Origin: Candidatus Falkowbacteria bacterium RIFOXYA2_FULL_47_19
GTDB lineage: Bacteria; Patescibacteriota; Patescibacteriia; Patescibacteriales; UBA12075
Direction of reading: 5' to 3'
Length of the DNA stretch: 64,000 nt
Assembly: GCA_001780275.1 (NCBI GenBank)
Contig: MFGB01000023.1
Span: 5,375-69,374 of the forward strand
Shown: positions 18,976 through 27,788 of the stretch, piece after piece
How positions within the stretch are numbered: the stretch's first letter is position 1
Layout of the letters: each line of letters starts with the position of its first letter
Notes under the pieces: model-generated
The model's database searches: none
Told to the model about the DNA's origin: nothing
Seen by the model: only the letters and a program-made list of their open reading frames with translations
Translations under genes and position numbers: made by a program

Positions 18976-19716
18976 TTAGATTGCTCCCGAGGTCGTGCTT
19001 GATCTTTTCGGCTTTTTTATGGGCAATGCGATCTTTCTCTCTTCTCTCGAATAAAATCTTTCCAGGAAATAAAGCTGCCAGGTAACCGCCGCGATATCAC
19101 AAAACATCTTAAGCCTTTGCCTTAAGCCTAGGGATAGTCCCCGCTTTTCTTCTTTCGTGACCTGGGTCAGATTCGGCATCAGGCTGAAGCTCATGGCGTG
19201 GCCGTTCTTTTTGGCGAAATAGTTCAGGGCGATCTCTATCTGGAAATCTTTTTTGTACCGCTCCGGCACCTGCCTCCAAAGTTCCCTGACAAGAACCCTT
19301 TCACCGCCCAAAAACGGAAAGAAATGCATGATCCTGTTAAGCGCCTCTATCCGGCGGTCGCGGATAGCGATATACATCCGGTACCGTCCCGAAAGGACCG
19401 GCCGGATCATCTTCTCCAGGGTATCCTTATCGAGCCCCTTAATATCGGCGTCAAGGAAACAGATGAATTCGTGGCGGGCAAGAGATACTCCCTCGCGCAT
19501 CGCCGCGCCCTTTCCCATGTTTTTTGTTAACCGATAAACTTCCGCCCCGGCTAAAAGTGCCCAGGAAGCCGTGTTGTCGGTCGAGCCGTCGTCGATCACG
19601 ATCACCTCCCCGACGGCCGGATGGCTTAACGCGGCTTTAACGACCCGGGCCACGGTCTTTTCTTCGTTAAAAGCCGGGATGATCACTGATACTTTTTTAA
19701 AAACCTCTTTAACCAT
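18976..19716 (-). CDS. family 2 glycosyltransferase
   Basis: 'VSVIIPAFNEEKTVARVV...VIVIDDGSTDNT...FLDADI' is the GT2 (GT-A fold, DxD) signature. Confidence 0.8.
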   Translation of the reverse strand: MVKEVFKKVSVIIPAFNEEKTVARVVKAALSHPAVGEVIVIDDGSTDNTASWALLAGAEVYRLTKNMGKGAAMREGVSLARHEFICFLDADIKGLDKDTLEKMIRPVLSGRYRMYIAIRDRRIEALNRIMHFFPFLGGERVLVRELWRQVPERYKKDFQIEIALNYFAKKNGHAMSFSLMPNLTQVTKEEKRGLSLGLRQRLKMFCDIAAVTWQLYFLERFYSREERKIALPIKKPKRSSTTSGAI

Positions 19717-20222
19717 AATAGCGCCAGGAATACCGCCAGGAAAGGAACTCCCAGGAGCAGCTGGTAGGCCAGGGGGGATAATTCGAACCTGCCGATCGCC
19801 CGTCCGAATACCGTCCCCACCAGGAAAAGGGTCGAGATCCAGGCGATTATTCCTAAAATATCGAATAAAAGATAGACGGGATAGCTGATCCTCTGGATGC
19901 CGGAAGCGATCTGCACGGCTATCCTCGTGCCGTATATGAATTTAGAAATCGGAATGTGCCATGGTTTGATCGTCCTTAGCCAGGCGGGCAGCTTCTCGAT
20001 GTTTTTTTTCCTAAGGAAGGGAAAGCGGGAAAATCTTTCCCTGGGGATGCTACGGCCGAGAAGATACCAAACGGAATCGGATATGGCCGTGGCGGAAAGC
20101 ACGAGGATCATCATCCGCCAAAAACCGAATTTCGAATCGATCACGAGGTATACGATCGGCATGGCGATCGTCTCTCCGCCCACAAGCAACAAAACGAACA
20201 GGAATAGATCGTTGATTCTCAT
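19683..20222 (-). CDS. DedA/VTT-family membrane protein (tentative)
   Basis: Polytopic membrane protein with 'GGETIAMP', 'SDSVWYLLGRS' and 'KFIYGTRIA', resembling DedA motifs. It overlaps the GT2 gene by 34 nt. Confidence 0.5.
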   Translation of the reverse strand: MRINDLFLFVLLLVGGETIAMPIVYLVIDSKFGFWRMMILVLSATAISDSVWYLLGRSIPRERFSRFPFLRKKNIEKLPAWLRTIKPWHIPISKFIYGTRIAVQIASGIQRISYPVYLLFDILGIIAWISTLFLVGTVFGRAIGRFELSPLAYQLLLGVPFLAVFLALLWLKRFLKKYQ

Positions 20223-20346
20223 ATCCGCGAGCCGTTAATTAAAGAATTGTTACAATATAGTTAACTATAATCCGCCGGCGTTAAAAATTCATTAAGAGGA
20301 AAAAACACGCCTGCCAGCGTGTTTCTTCGCTGTTTCGCGGAAAGGC

Positions 20347-21219
20347 TTATCTTGCGAAGATCTGCGTGAAAAAATATAACGATCCTTCCCGGGCCAGGCC
20401 GATGCCGGCGGCGGTATAATCACCCAGTATATTCCGGCGGTGTCCCTCGCTGTTTATCCATTGGTCCAGCGCTTTTTTCGCGGGATCGGCAGCGTTCGAA
20501 TTATAGGCGACGTTTTCCGCCATCGCCCTCGCGCCGGTCAACGGCGATAATTCCCCGAAACGCTCCGAAAAACCGTCATGCCCGAAAGAAACCCGGCCGG
20601 CGGCCATATTCGCGCTGTGGGCGCGGGCGACGGCGGCGATCCTGTCGTCCCATAGAAGGGCGGCGAGGCCGAGGCTTAAACGGTATTCGTTTACGGCGGC
20701 AAAAGCCTTCCGCTCTATGGCGGGGAGATCGATACCGGCTAAGCTATCCGGACCGGCCGGCCACTTCTGTCCGCCTGGTTCATTTTTCTGGATCGGTATC
20801 TTTTTTATGTCTTGATTACTGATCCCTAATCCGCGCTCGCGCATTATCTTTAACGCTTCTTCGGGGCGGCCAAGGCTGAAAAGGCGGCGGCTATCGGGAT
20901 CGACGTAATAGGCCTGCCCTTCCTTTTCGACCGCCAAAAGTATCCGGCCCGCCAGGCGTTTAGGGGCGAGGGCGTTAAAATTCACGAGGTCGCGGTTGGA
21001 GACCCCTAAGCCGCGTTCCCGCATGACCGCGAGCGCGTCTCCGGGCCCCCCCAGGTACGTTCGCGCTCCCGCCTGATCGACGTACCAGGCTTCGCCGTTC
21101 TCTTCGACCTGCAGGAGGATGCGGCCGGAAAGACGTCCGGTTTCGGCTCGGGCATTGGAAGGAAAAGATGTTAAGGATAACATAAAGAGCAGACTCGCTA
21201 TTGCCGTTTTTTTGAACAT
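20347..21219 (-). CDS. secreted CAP/SCP domain protein with two N-terminal 'GRILLQVE..GEAWYV' repeats
   Basis: Signal peptide, two ~50-aa repeats and a C-terminal CAP motif region ('NEYRLSLGL..LLWDDRIAAVARAHSANMA...GHRRNILGDYTAAGIG'). Confidence 0.8.
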   Translation of the reverse strand: MFKKTAIASLLFMLSLTSFPSNARAETGRLSGRILLQVEENGEAWYVDQAGARTYLGGPGDALAVMRERGLGVSNRDLVNFNALAPKRLAGRILLAVEKEGQAYYVDPDSRRLFSLGRPEEALKIMRERGLGISNQDIKKIPIQKNEPGGQKWPAGPDSLAGIDLPAIERKAFAAVNEYRLSLGLAALLWDDRIAAVARAHSANMAAGRVSFGHDGFSERFGELSPLTGARAMAENVAYNSNAADPAKKALDQWINSEGHRRNILGDYTAAGIGLAREGSLYFFTQIFAR

Positions 21220-21574
21220 AACGAAGAATTAATAGTAAGCCCTCCGTTATCAAAGGATCCGCGGCCGCCTTACCCGTTCGACCGGCTCGATCTTTGATCG
21301 AAGGTAAGTGTTATTATACCAGGGGCGGATTAAATTTTAAAAGAGGACGGACGAGCCGGCCGAAAGTTAGAAATAAAAAACGGTTTCTTCTTAAAACTTT
21401 TTAATTCCGCTATAATCCCGCAGCATAAGCGCTTTTGGAACCTGTGGATAACTTAAATTAACACAATCTAATTTTATTGCCATCGATCGATAATTTTTTT
21501 ATAATCACGCGTTAATGACATAATAAACGCGCGCCGGGCCGCGCTCTTTTATTTTTAAATACGTCCGCTGCCGA

Positions 21575-22018
21575 TCAATTCCCGTCCGTCTCTATGCTCT
21601 TCTGCAAAGCCTCCAGCGCGTTCTGCAGGCTTTGTATGGAACCGACGCTTTCGCTCCGAAGGTCGTCCCGAAGCGCTTCGAAATTACCGTCTATTTCCCG
21701 CCAGCGCTCTTGCGCAGCCAGAGAGGCCTCGCCATAAGCCTCCTTTAAATTCTCCCTTACCTCCTCGGCTTCTTGCGCGATCTGGCTATAATCCTCTCCG
21801 GACATGATCCTGGTCTTAAGCGAAAGCAGGTGGCTTCTCGCGTCCAGGTCCGCTTTCTCCGTTTTTATTTCCTGCCGTATTTCATTTATCTCTTCCGCCG
21901 CTGCGTCATTATTCCGGTACCCGCTGAAACTCAGCCAGGAAAAACCCAAAGCGGACAGCGCGGCGATCAAAGCCAGGACGCTTAAGGCGTTTACGGTTGT
22001 GATTTTTCCTCGTTCCAT
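21575..22018 (-). CDS. membrane-anchored coiled-coil protein, hypothetical
   Basis: An N-terminal TM helix followed by a charged helical region. A hairpin with T/A tracts lies at about 21525-21550 downstream. Confidence 0.5.
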   Translation of the reverse strand: MERGKITTVNALSVLALIAALSALGFSWLSFSGYRNNDAAAEEINEIRQEIKTEKADLDARSHLLSLKTRIMSGEDYSQIAQEAEEVRENLKEAYGEASLAAQERWREIDGNFEALRDDLRSESVGSIQSLQNALEALQKSIETDGN

Positions 22019-22230
22019 AAATTCCGTTTTTTATTTTAAAAATTTTAATATTTAAGAATTTACCACGCGCAATTTAATGGTGGATTAAATTGGACCATTT
22101 TTTTCTTAAGTATTTTTAATAAAATTTTAATTTATTATCCATAAAATGATCATTAATCAATGAACATATGATAAAATACGGTTCTTTGTAAACACGCGCG
22201 TTCACCGTCAGGAAAAAAGGAGAGAGTTTA

Positions 22231-23850
22231 ATGAAAAAAACGTCTTCGGTGTTTTTATTTTTTTTAACTTTAGCGTTCCTGCTGATCGGATGCTCGGGCG
22301 GGGGCGGAGCGGGAGGCGAGAGCGGGGCGGATGATCCCGGGAATCATGATAACGGAGGAATACCTTTACCCTTGGCTCCGACCGCCGCGATCTGGGCTTC
22401 AAGCGAGGCTATCAATGAAGGAGAAAGCGTACTGATCAGCTGGGAAACGGCGAACGGAACCGCGGAACTCTCTCCGCCTGTAGTTTATGACGCGCCGGCC
22501 GCGGGCAGTATCGACGTGATCCCCGCGGCTACGACCACTTATACGGTAACATGCCGGACTCCGGACGGACGGACCGAATCGGCCGGCGTAACCGTAAAAG
22601 TCAATCCGGCCCCGGTAAGGTCCTGTAGGGCGCCGGAAATCCCTTATTTCGAGCTCCTGCCCGAACGGATATTGACGCCCGGAAGCGGTCTCGTTACTCT
22701 TGCGTTTAAGACGGCGGAAAACGCGGACAGGATCGAGATCGACCTTGAAAACGGGGAAACGATCCCTCTGGTGAGGGTTTGCGAAGCGAATTGGAGCGTT
22801 TCCGTGGATTCGGAAAAACTGCTCTTAAATTACGTACCGGAAGAACCGCGGGTGGTCGTCGGCTACCTTGACGCGTATTCGGGGCCAGACCGTATCAGCC
22901 GGCGCAATCTTATCCTCCCGGTACGGACCGCCGCTATGCCGGATACGGATATGCGGATCATCGATCATAGCCGGCAAAGAAGCGGCCGCGTGCTGAATAT
23001 CCGCTATGACGGGGAAATATTTCTCGGCGGACAAAGCAGTACGTACGACCCGGTCTGGAGGGCGATAGAAAATACCGTTAAGAACGAACTAGGCGAGCGG
23101 GATATTTACGTTTTGATCGGCCAGGTCGAGGCGTTCGCGAATCGGACCGGAGGAGGAAAGGTCATTTCTTTTCCCAACCTCTTTTTCTTCGATCTCGCGA
23201 GTCGGGGAACGATACATGAGATCGGCCATTGCCTGGGATTGGCTTATTCCAGCCACCCTTCGCTGCGTGATCCGGCCGCCGGCGGCCATTGGGCTCCGGG
23301 AAACGCGGCTCTGGGTATTATGGGCTGGTCGCTTCCCGGGGGCGCGGGAGCGACATTCCCTTATCGCCTGGAAGCCGGGGATGATCCCGACACGACCGGA
23401 CTATGGGTAACGCCGATCGCCATGGAGTTTAACGATCTTGAACTCTATAAAATGGGCGCGCTTCCGAAGGAGCGGGTCGCGCCGATAACGCAATTTACCG
23501 ATCCGGCCGCGGCCATCTCCTGGTTTAATAATCCTTATCCGCTTCCGTCCTGCGGCGAAAGCTGCCAGCGGCTCGATGTTCCGTCCCGGCCGGTTTCGAT
23601 AGATGAAATAATCGCGGCGGACGGCGAAACGCCGCCGGCGGCCAAAACCGGGCTTACCCTGGGAACGGTCGTCCTGACCAGGGGAAGGCTTCTTAGTCCC
23701 GATGAAATGTCCTTTATCGAATATATGGCCAAACGCGGCGAAAGCGAAGATCCGTCGATCGGCGTCCACGAAGGGTTGTGGAGTTACGCGGGGAAACCGT
23801 TCCGGGCGGCCACCCGGGGACTTTTTACCATAAGCGCTTCAATCGATTAA
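22231..23850 (+). CDS. lipoprotein with zincin-type HExxH motif (putative metalloprotease)
   Basis: Lipobox 'LLIGCSGGGG', 'GTIHEIGHCLGL' (HExxH) and a GGAGAG RBS upstream. Confidence 0.6.
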   Translation: MKKTSSVFLFFLTLAFLLIGCSGGGGAGGESGADDPGNHDNGGIPLPLAPTAAIWASSEAINEGESVLISWETANGTAELSPPVVYDAPAAGSIDVIPAATTTYTVTCRTPDGRTESAGVTVKVNPAPVRSCRAPEIPYFELLPERILTPGSGLVTLAFKTAENADRIEIDLENGETIPLVRVCEANWSVSVDSEKLLLNYVPEEPRVVVGYLDAYSGPDRISRRNLILPVRTAAMPDTDMRIIDHSRQRSGRVLNIRYDGEIFLGGQSSTYDPVWRAIENTVKNELGERDIYVLIGQVEAFANRTGGGKVISFPNLFFFDLASRGTIHEIGHCLGLAYSSHPSLRDPAAGGHWAPGNAALGIMGWSLPGGAGATFPYRLEAGDDPDTTGLWVTPIAMEFNDLELYKMGALPKERVAPITQFTDPAAAISWFNNPYPLPSCGESCQRLDVPSRPVSIDEIIAADGETPPAAKTGLTLGTVVLTRGRLLSPDEMSFIEYMAKRGESEDPSIGVHEGLWSYAGKPFRAATRGLFTISASID

Positions 23851-23900
23851 GACCGTTCCTTTAAGGTTTAATTAAAATAGTACTTTATTTAAAAAAATAC

Positions 23901-23933
23901 AACCGGACGAAATTGTCCGGTTTTTTTATTTTT
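23901..23933 (+). terminator. intrinsic terminator (copy 1 of the AACCGGAC/GTCCGGTT module)
   Basis: AACCGGAC-gaaatt-GTCCGGTT followed by T7ATTTTT. It lies 50 nt after the 22231-23850 stop. Confidence 0.75.
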
Positions 23934-24537
23934 CCCGATATTTATCCATGGGTAAAAACACGGCTAACGCCGGAGTTTCTCTTTAATATTACCGCCGCGA
24001 TAATTAAAGTTTAATTAAGTTTTAATTTTATCTGTTTTATTATCCGTTCTAATCGGACTTTAACCTGCCAAATCTAAAATAGATTATGAATTAATGAACA
24101 TATAATTAATTCATCGATTTTTTGTAATTTGAAAAATAAATAAAAACTGATCTATGCGGACACAAGGGTCAGCGGAAAAACGGTTACGGGCTATTTATTT
24201 TTATGGAGTACGCGTTCCTCTGGAATGCGGGGAGGGGGTGGGAGCGGATTCGATGGTTACGGTATAATTAAGTACCCTTGTTCAATGAAGCGATTGCGGC
24301 TTTCCCGGCAAATGGCGTCCGAGGAAATTATAAGATCTATGCGTTTAAGCGCGTGAGACAATCGAACACGATCGATCTCCGCGCTTACGGCCGAAAATTC
24401 CGGGCCGGATTGCCGCTCGATCGAGCTTATTCCGGCTCCGGCAAAATCGTCCAGCGCGGAAAGGATTTCCCGCGCGCGGTCAAATTTGTCTTCCGGGTAT
24501 TTACGGAAAAAACAAGCGTTTCCTGGAGTCGCGCCAA

Positions 24538-24933
24538 GACCGCTCCGGAATCGCGCGCTCAACATCCTAAATATTCATCTACCGTCCGGGAATAAAGATC
24601 ATCGGCCGTACAAGAAAGATACGACCCGAGCCGTTTAACGGTAAGCCGGCCGATACGCGTACGCGCGTATTTAAAATAGACGGCGAAGAAGCGGCCCGCG
24701 CCCGAACTTCACTTTGCGGGCAATATCCCGCGGGTAAAGAGCGCGCGCGTCCGGTCCGAAAGCGGCCAATAAAACAGTGAGGGAAAAACCGGCGGACGGG
24801 ATTATTGCGCTTCGGAGGGTTTTGAGTCCGCGAACGGAAGCGAGCAGAGTGCTCATCGGCCTTCCCGACCGGCTTTAAACAGAACCGGCTTATTAGGGTC
24901 AGGCATTTGTAGTAAGCTCCTCCGGAAGCGGAC
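24538..24933 (+). ncRNA. candidate RNase P RNA-like structured RNA (tentative)
   Basis: ACAGAACCGGCTTAT (24879-24893) nearly equals the bacterial CR-V sequence ACAGAACCCGGCTTA. Upstream, in the E. coli order, lie GTCCGGG (24584-24590, about 295 nt before CR-V as in M1 RNA), a GCCCGC...GCGGGC hairpin (about 24694-24722), GGTAAAGAGCGCGC (24733-24746) and GGCCAATAAA (24764-24773). The termini pair (GACCGCUCCGGA 24538-24549 with UCCGGAAGCGGAC 24921-24933). The weaknesses are that the canonical GGAAAGUCC is not intact and P2/P3 are unresolved. Confidence 0.35.
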
Positions 24934-25429
24934 AATCGGCGATACCGAGCCTTTTTATGGACATCGTCGCGGCATTCTTATCGCCCGCAAGACGAAGGTA
25001 TTTCTGGGTATAACGTACCCCGGCGACGATCGCTATGGGCGTTTCCAGATCAAAGCCGCGCGGGTACTTTATCTGCGCCCCTGGTTCGCGGCCGCTCCCC
25101 GGATTAACGGAACCTATCCATTTCCGTCTGCTATCCGTCCTGGTGGGTTACGCCTGGACAAAATAAACGGCGAGCGGCGAAACTTACTGCCGCGAAGACG
25201 GTTTGCCGGGATAAATCCTCTTCAGGGGAGCTTCCGAAAGGCAGCGAACGGCCTTTACCGGCACACCGAAGACGCTGATCGACTCAAGAGCGGACATAAG
25301 AGACTGGTATAAAACTGGAGAAAAAAAACAGTTGATCCGTAAGCCGGTTTTGACTTGAGCGCATACGAAAAAACTTCAAAGCGGATGCGCGGGATTTATA
25401 AGCTAGCTTTGATCCATTAAATTCGTAGA

Positions 25430-26215
25430 TACGAATACGGTTAAACACGAAAAATAAAAAAGGCCGAAGCCTGGGCCGACCAAGGTTAGCGGTAAAAAAG
25501 AAAGAAAAGGAAAAAATCGGAAGTCCGCGGGCATCAAAAAATTACGCGGAAAAACCGCGCGATCGATCAGAAAACCCCGCGGCCGAATACGGCCAAACAC
25601 GGAAGACCAAAAAGACCGAAAATGGGCCGATCATGGCCAGCGGCGAAAACGAAAGAAAAGAAAAAAAACGGAAGTCCGCGGGCATCAAAAAATTACGCGG
25701 AAAAACCGCGCGATCGATCAGAAAACCCCGCGGCCGAATACGGCCAAACACGGAAGATAAAAAGAGCCGAAGCCTGGACCGACCAAGGTCAGCGGTAAAA
25801 AAGAAAGAAAAGAAAAAAAGAAAGAAAAGAAAAAAAGAAAGAAAAGAAAAAAAGATAGAAAAGAAAAAAAGAAAGAAAAGAAAAAAAGAAAGAAAAGAAA
25901 AAAAATAAAAAAATAAAAAATCGGAAGTCCGCGGGCATCAAAAAATTACGCGAAAAAACCACGCGATCGATCAGAAAACTCCGCGGCCGGATACGGCAAA
26001 CACGGAAGATGAAAAGAGCCGAAGCCTGGGCCGACCAAGGTCAGCGGTAAAAAAGAAAGAAAAGAAAAAAAAGAAAGAAAAAAATAAAAAATCGGAAGTC
26101 CGCGGGCATCAAAAAATTACGCGGAAAAACCGCGAGCGATCAGAAAGCCCCGCGGCCGGATACGGCCAAACACGAAAAATAAAAAAGGCCGAAGCCTGGG
26201 CTGATCAGAGTCAGT
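25430..26215. repeat. tandem array: 4 full units plus 1 partial unit of a hairpin-dense GC-rich core with A/G-rich linkers
   Basis: Units start at 25518, 25669, 25922 and 26093 with CGGAAGTCCGCGGGCATCAAAAAATTACGCGGAAAAACCGCGCGATCGATCAGAAAACCCCGCGGCCGAATACGGCCAAACACGG. A partial unit at 25430-25517 matches the 3' half. Periods are 151, 253 and 171 nt because of linker length. Confidence 0.9.
25803..25905. repeat. 17-nt all-purine microsatellite (GAAAGAAAAGAAAAAAA) x6
   Basis: Six head-to-tail copies, one with an A-to-T change at 25856, lie inside the linker of unit 2. The other linkers hold only 1-2 copies. Confidence 0.9.
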
Positions 26216-26540
26216 GAAAAACGCGGATCGAAGTAAATCACGAAATTACGGTAAACCCATAAAAAAGATGTTAACTAGGGGGGGGCGCGCCGCTAAACAG
26301 GCACGGAAACGCAATATAACCGTTATCGGTATAAATACGAGGATAGTAAAATTCTATTCTTCATAAGGTAGTTATCATTTACCGTTACGATCAAGATTAT
26401 ATTTCCCAGGAGGGCGAGCGGTTGCAAGCCGTCAGGCAACAAAAACCAGCAGGCTAACGCTGTCGGAACGATACGGGACGGCCGGATCTTCCGGCTTGAT
26501 CATAAAATAGTTCTTTATCCAATCAAACATAAAAAAATAT

Positions 26541-26570
26541 AACCGGACAAAAAGTCCGGTTTTTTATTTT
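26541..26570. terminator. bidirectional terminator (copy 2 of the AACCGGAC/GTCCGGTT module)
   Basis: AACCGGAC-aaaaa-GTCCGGTT with an A-run before and T5ATTTT after. The flanks match 23891-23936. It lies 3' of the M23 gene and at the end of the ORF-poor block. Confidence 0.7.
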
Positions 26571-26606
26571 CCGCCGTCAATAAAAACCCGACGGATCATT
26601 CGGATT

Positions 26607-27599
26607 TTATATGTCTTGGCCGATTTTATAATCGAAAAAAAACGAATCGGGCAGGTCGTCGACCTTTTTTTTCCAATCATCGCCGTAAAGCGCGGCGGCG
26701 GTTTCGGCTGAACGGATCCAGCGCAACTCGCCGCCGCGGGCGACCGCGTAGACCCGGGGATCGGTTTGCACCTTGACCATCCTCGTTCCCGGCCGGTAAG
26801 TGGCATTTCCGCCCAAAGGGATAGAGGCCATCTGGTCGACGCTTATTTCCGTCACATCGCCAAAACCGCCGTACCAGGAAAAATAGATCTTTTCGTTCGG
26901 AAAAACGTAACGCCGTCCGTCGGCTCCGCAATAATAAACGGCCGGCAGTCCGGATAATTTGACGAGCGAGCCGGAAACGCAGGCCGAAGCCGCTTTCGCG
27001 GAGAGTCCTTTGTCGGCGTTTATATCCGGAGAAAGAAGCCCGGCTTCCTTAATATCATAATCTATGACCGGATTAAGGGCGGCCGCGAGGCTCGGATAAG
27101 GATCGATCGGTGTTTTATCCGGCTGGCGGATCTCGAAGTGAAGATGCGGCCCGGCCGCTTCGGCGTTGCCGCTGTCCCCCATCCAGCCGATCAGATCGCC
27201 CCGGGATACTTCGGTCCCCTCCTTTATCCCGGGAGCGTAAGCGTGCCCGGTACCGCCCCGGCCGTCATCCGTACCTGGAGTGTCGTTATTGACGTGAAGA
27301 TAGTGGTAGGTAAAACCGTCCGCGTCCTTAAGCGTAATAGCGTAGCCCCAGGAAGATTCCGGATCGACCAGATCCGCGACCCGCCCGTCTACGGCGGCAT
27401 ATAGCGGCATCATCCGCTCGCCCATGATATCCTCGCCTTCGTGCGCGTGTCCCGAGCGGGGGTCGCCGAAGCTCTCCGTCAGTACGGCCCGGCGTTCGGT
27501 CGGAAAAAAGATCGGCCGGATTTCGGACGCCCGAACGGGAAAGATTATAATAAAATTAAAAATTGATAATAGAACAATGAACACTCCGGTCTTTTTCAT
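26607..27599 (-). CDS. secreted M23 (LytM-type) metallopeptidase
   Basis: Signal peptide, 'HAHEGEDI' (HxxxD), 'GDSGNAEAAGPHLHFEI' (HxH) and an additional C-terminal domain. Confidence 0.85.
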   Translation of the reverse strand: MKKTGVFIVLLSIFNFIIIFPVRASEIRPIFFPTERRAVLTESFGDPRSGHAHEGEDIMGERMMPLYAAVDGRVADLVDPESSWGYAITLKDADGFTYHYLHVNNDTPGTDDGRGGTGHAYAPGIKEGTEVSRGDLIGWMGDSGNAEAAGPHLHFEIRQPDKTPIDPYPSLAAALNPVIDYDIKEAGLLSPDINADKGLSAKAASACVSGSLVKLSGLPAVYYCGADGRRYVFPNEKIYFSWYGGFGDVTEISVDQMASIPLGGNATYRPGTRMVKVQTDPRVYAVARGGELRWIRSAETAAALYGDDWKKKVDDLPDSFFFDYKIGQDI

Positions 27600-27629
27600 G
27601 AAATTAAAATTTAATTTTAAACTCCATTA

Positions 27630-27638
27630 ATTATAGCA
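27630..27638 (-). promoter_or_regulatory. extended -10 element TGCTATAAT
   Basis: Minus-strand TGCTATAAT lies 31 nt upstream of the ATG at 27599. The same 16-mer TTTCTGCTATAATTAA recurs at 44764-44779. Confidence 0.45.
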
Positions 27639-27788
27639 GAAAAACGCCTCCGGGGCTAGAGGCTATTTCCAGAGCTTCACGAAAGCGAAACCGGGATATT
27701 CTTACCGAGAGGCCGGTTTCGGGGTTGACAAAAATTTTAATTTGATATATACTTGAAATATCAATTATTAATCAAATAAATTAGGCTT

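Noticed and set aside
21443-21451. Perfect DnaA box TGTGGATAA (plus weaker TGTGGATAT at about 9969 and TTATCCATA at about 22133) as a sign of oriC.
   Set aside because: It is a single consensus box with no cluster, no adjacent dnaA/dnaN and no AT-rich unwinding-element arrangement. It most likely occurs by chance or has a local regulatory role.
24234-24260. tmRNA-like 5' end (GGGGGTGGGAGCGGATTCGATGG resembles GGGG...GGAUUCGAC).
   Set aside because: I found no T-arm or matching ...CCACUCC-ACCA 3' end within 1.2 kb downstream, nor upstream as a permuted form would need. I found no convincing tag ORF ending in a hydrophobic ...AA-stop. A 9-mer match alone is expected by chance in 128 kb of two-strand sequence.
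24257-24935. Minus-strand ORFs 24257-24565 (with an 'ALDDFAGAGISS...EIDR' stretch faintly EAL-like), 24579-24935 and 24671-24856 as real genes or one decayed gene.
   Set aside because: There is no usable RBS (AGG directly abuts the ATG). The motif spacing does not fit EAL. The upstream fragments have an Arg-rich nonsense composition. The region is better explained as non-coding, though a decayed gene cannot be excluded without a search.
25403-25908. Track ORFs inside the tandem array: 25403-25600 and 25542-25751 (minus), and 25633-25908 (plus, Lys/Arg/Glu-rich).
   Set aside because: Their sequences are simply the repeat unit and the purine microsatellite read in frame. They restart identically in successive units, have no RBS, and have implausible composition.
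25430-26215. CRISPR array interpretation of the repeats.
   Set aside because: The units are roughly 130 nt and contiguous, separated only by low-complexity A/G linkers rather than unique 25-40-nt spacers. No cas genes are in the window.
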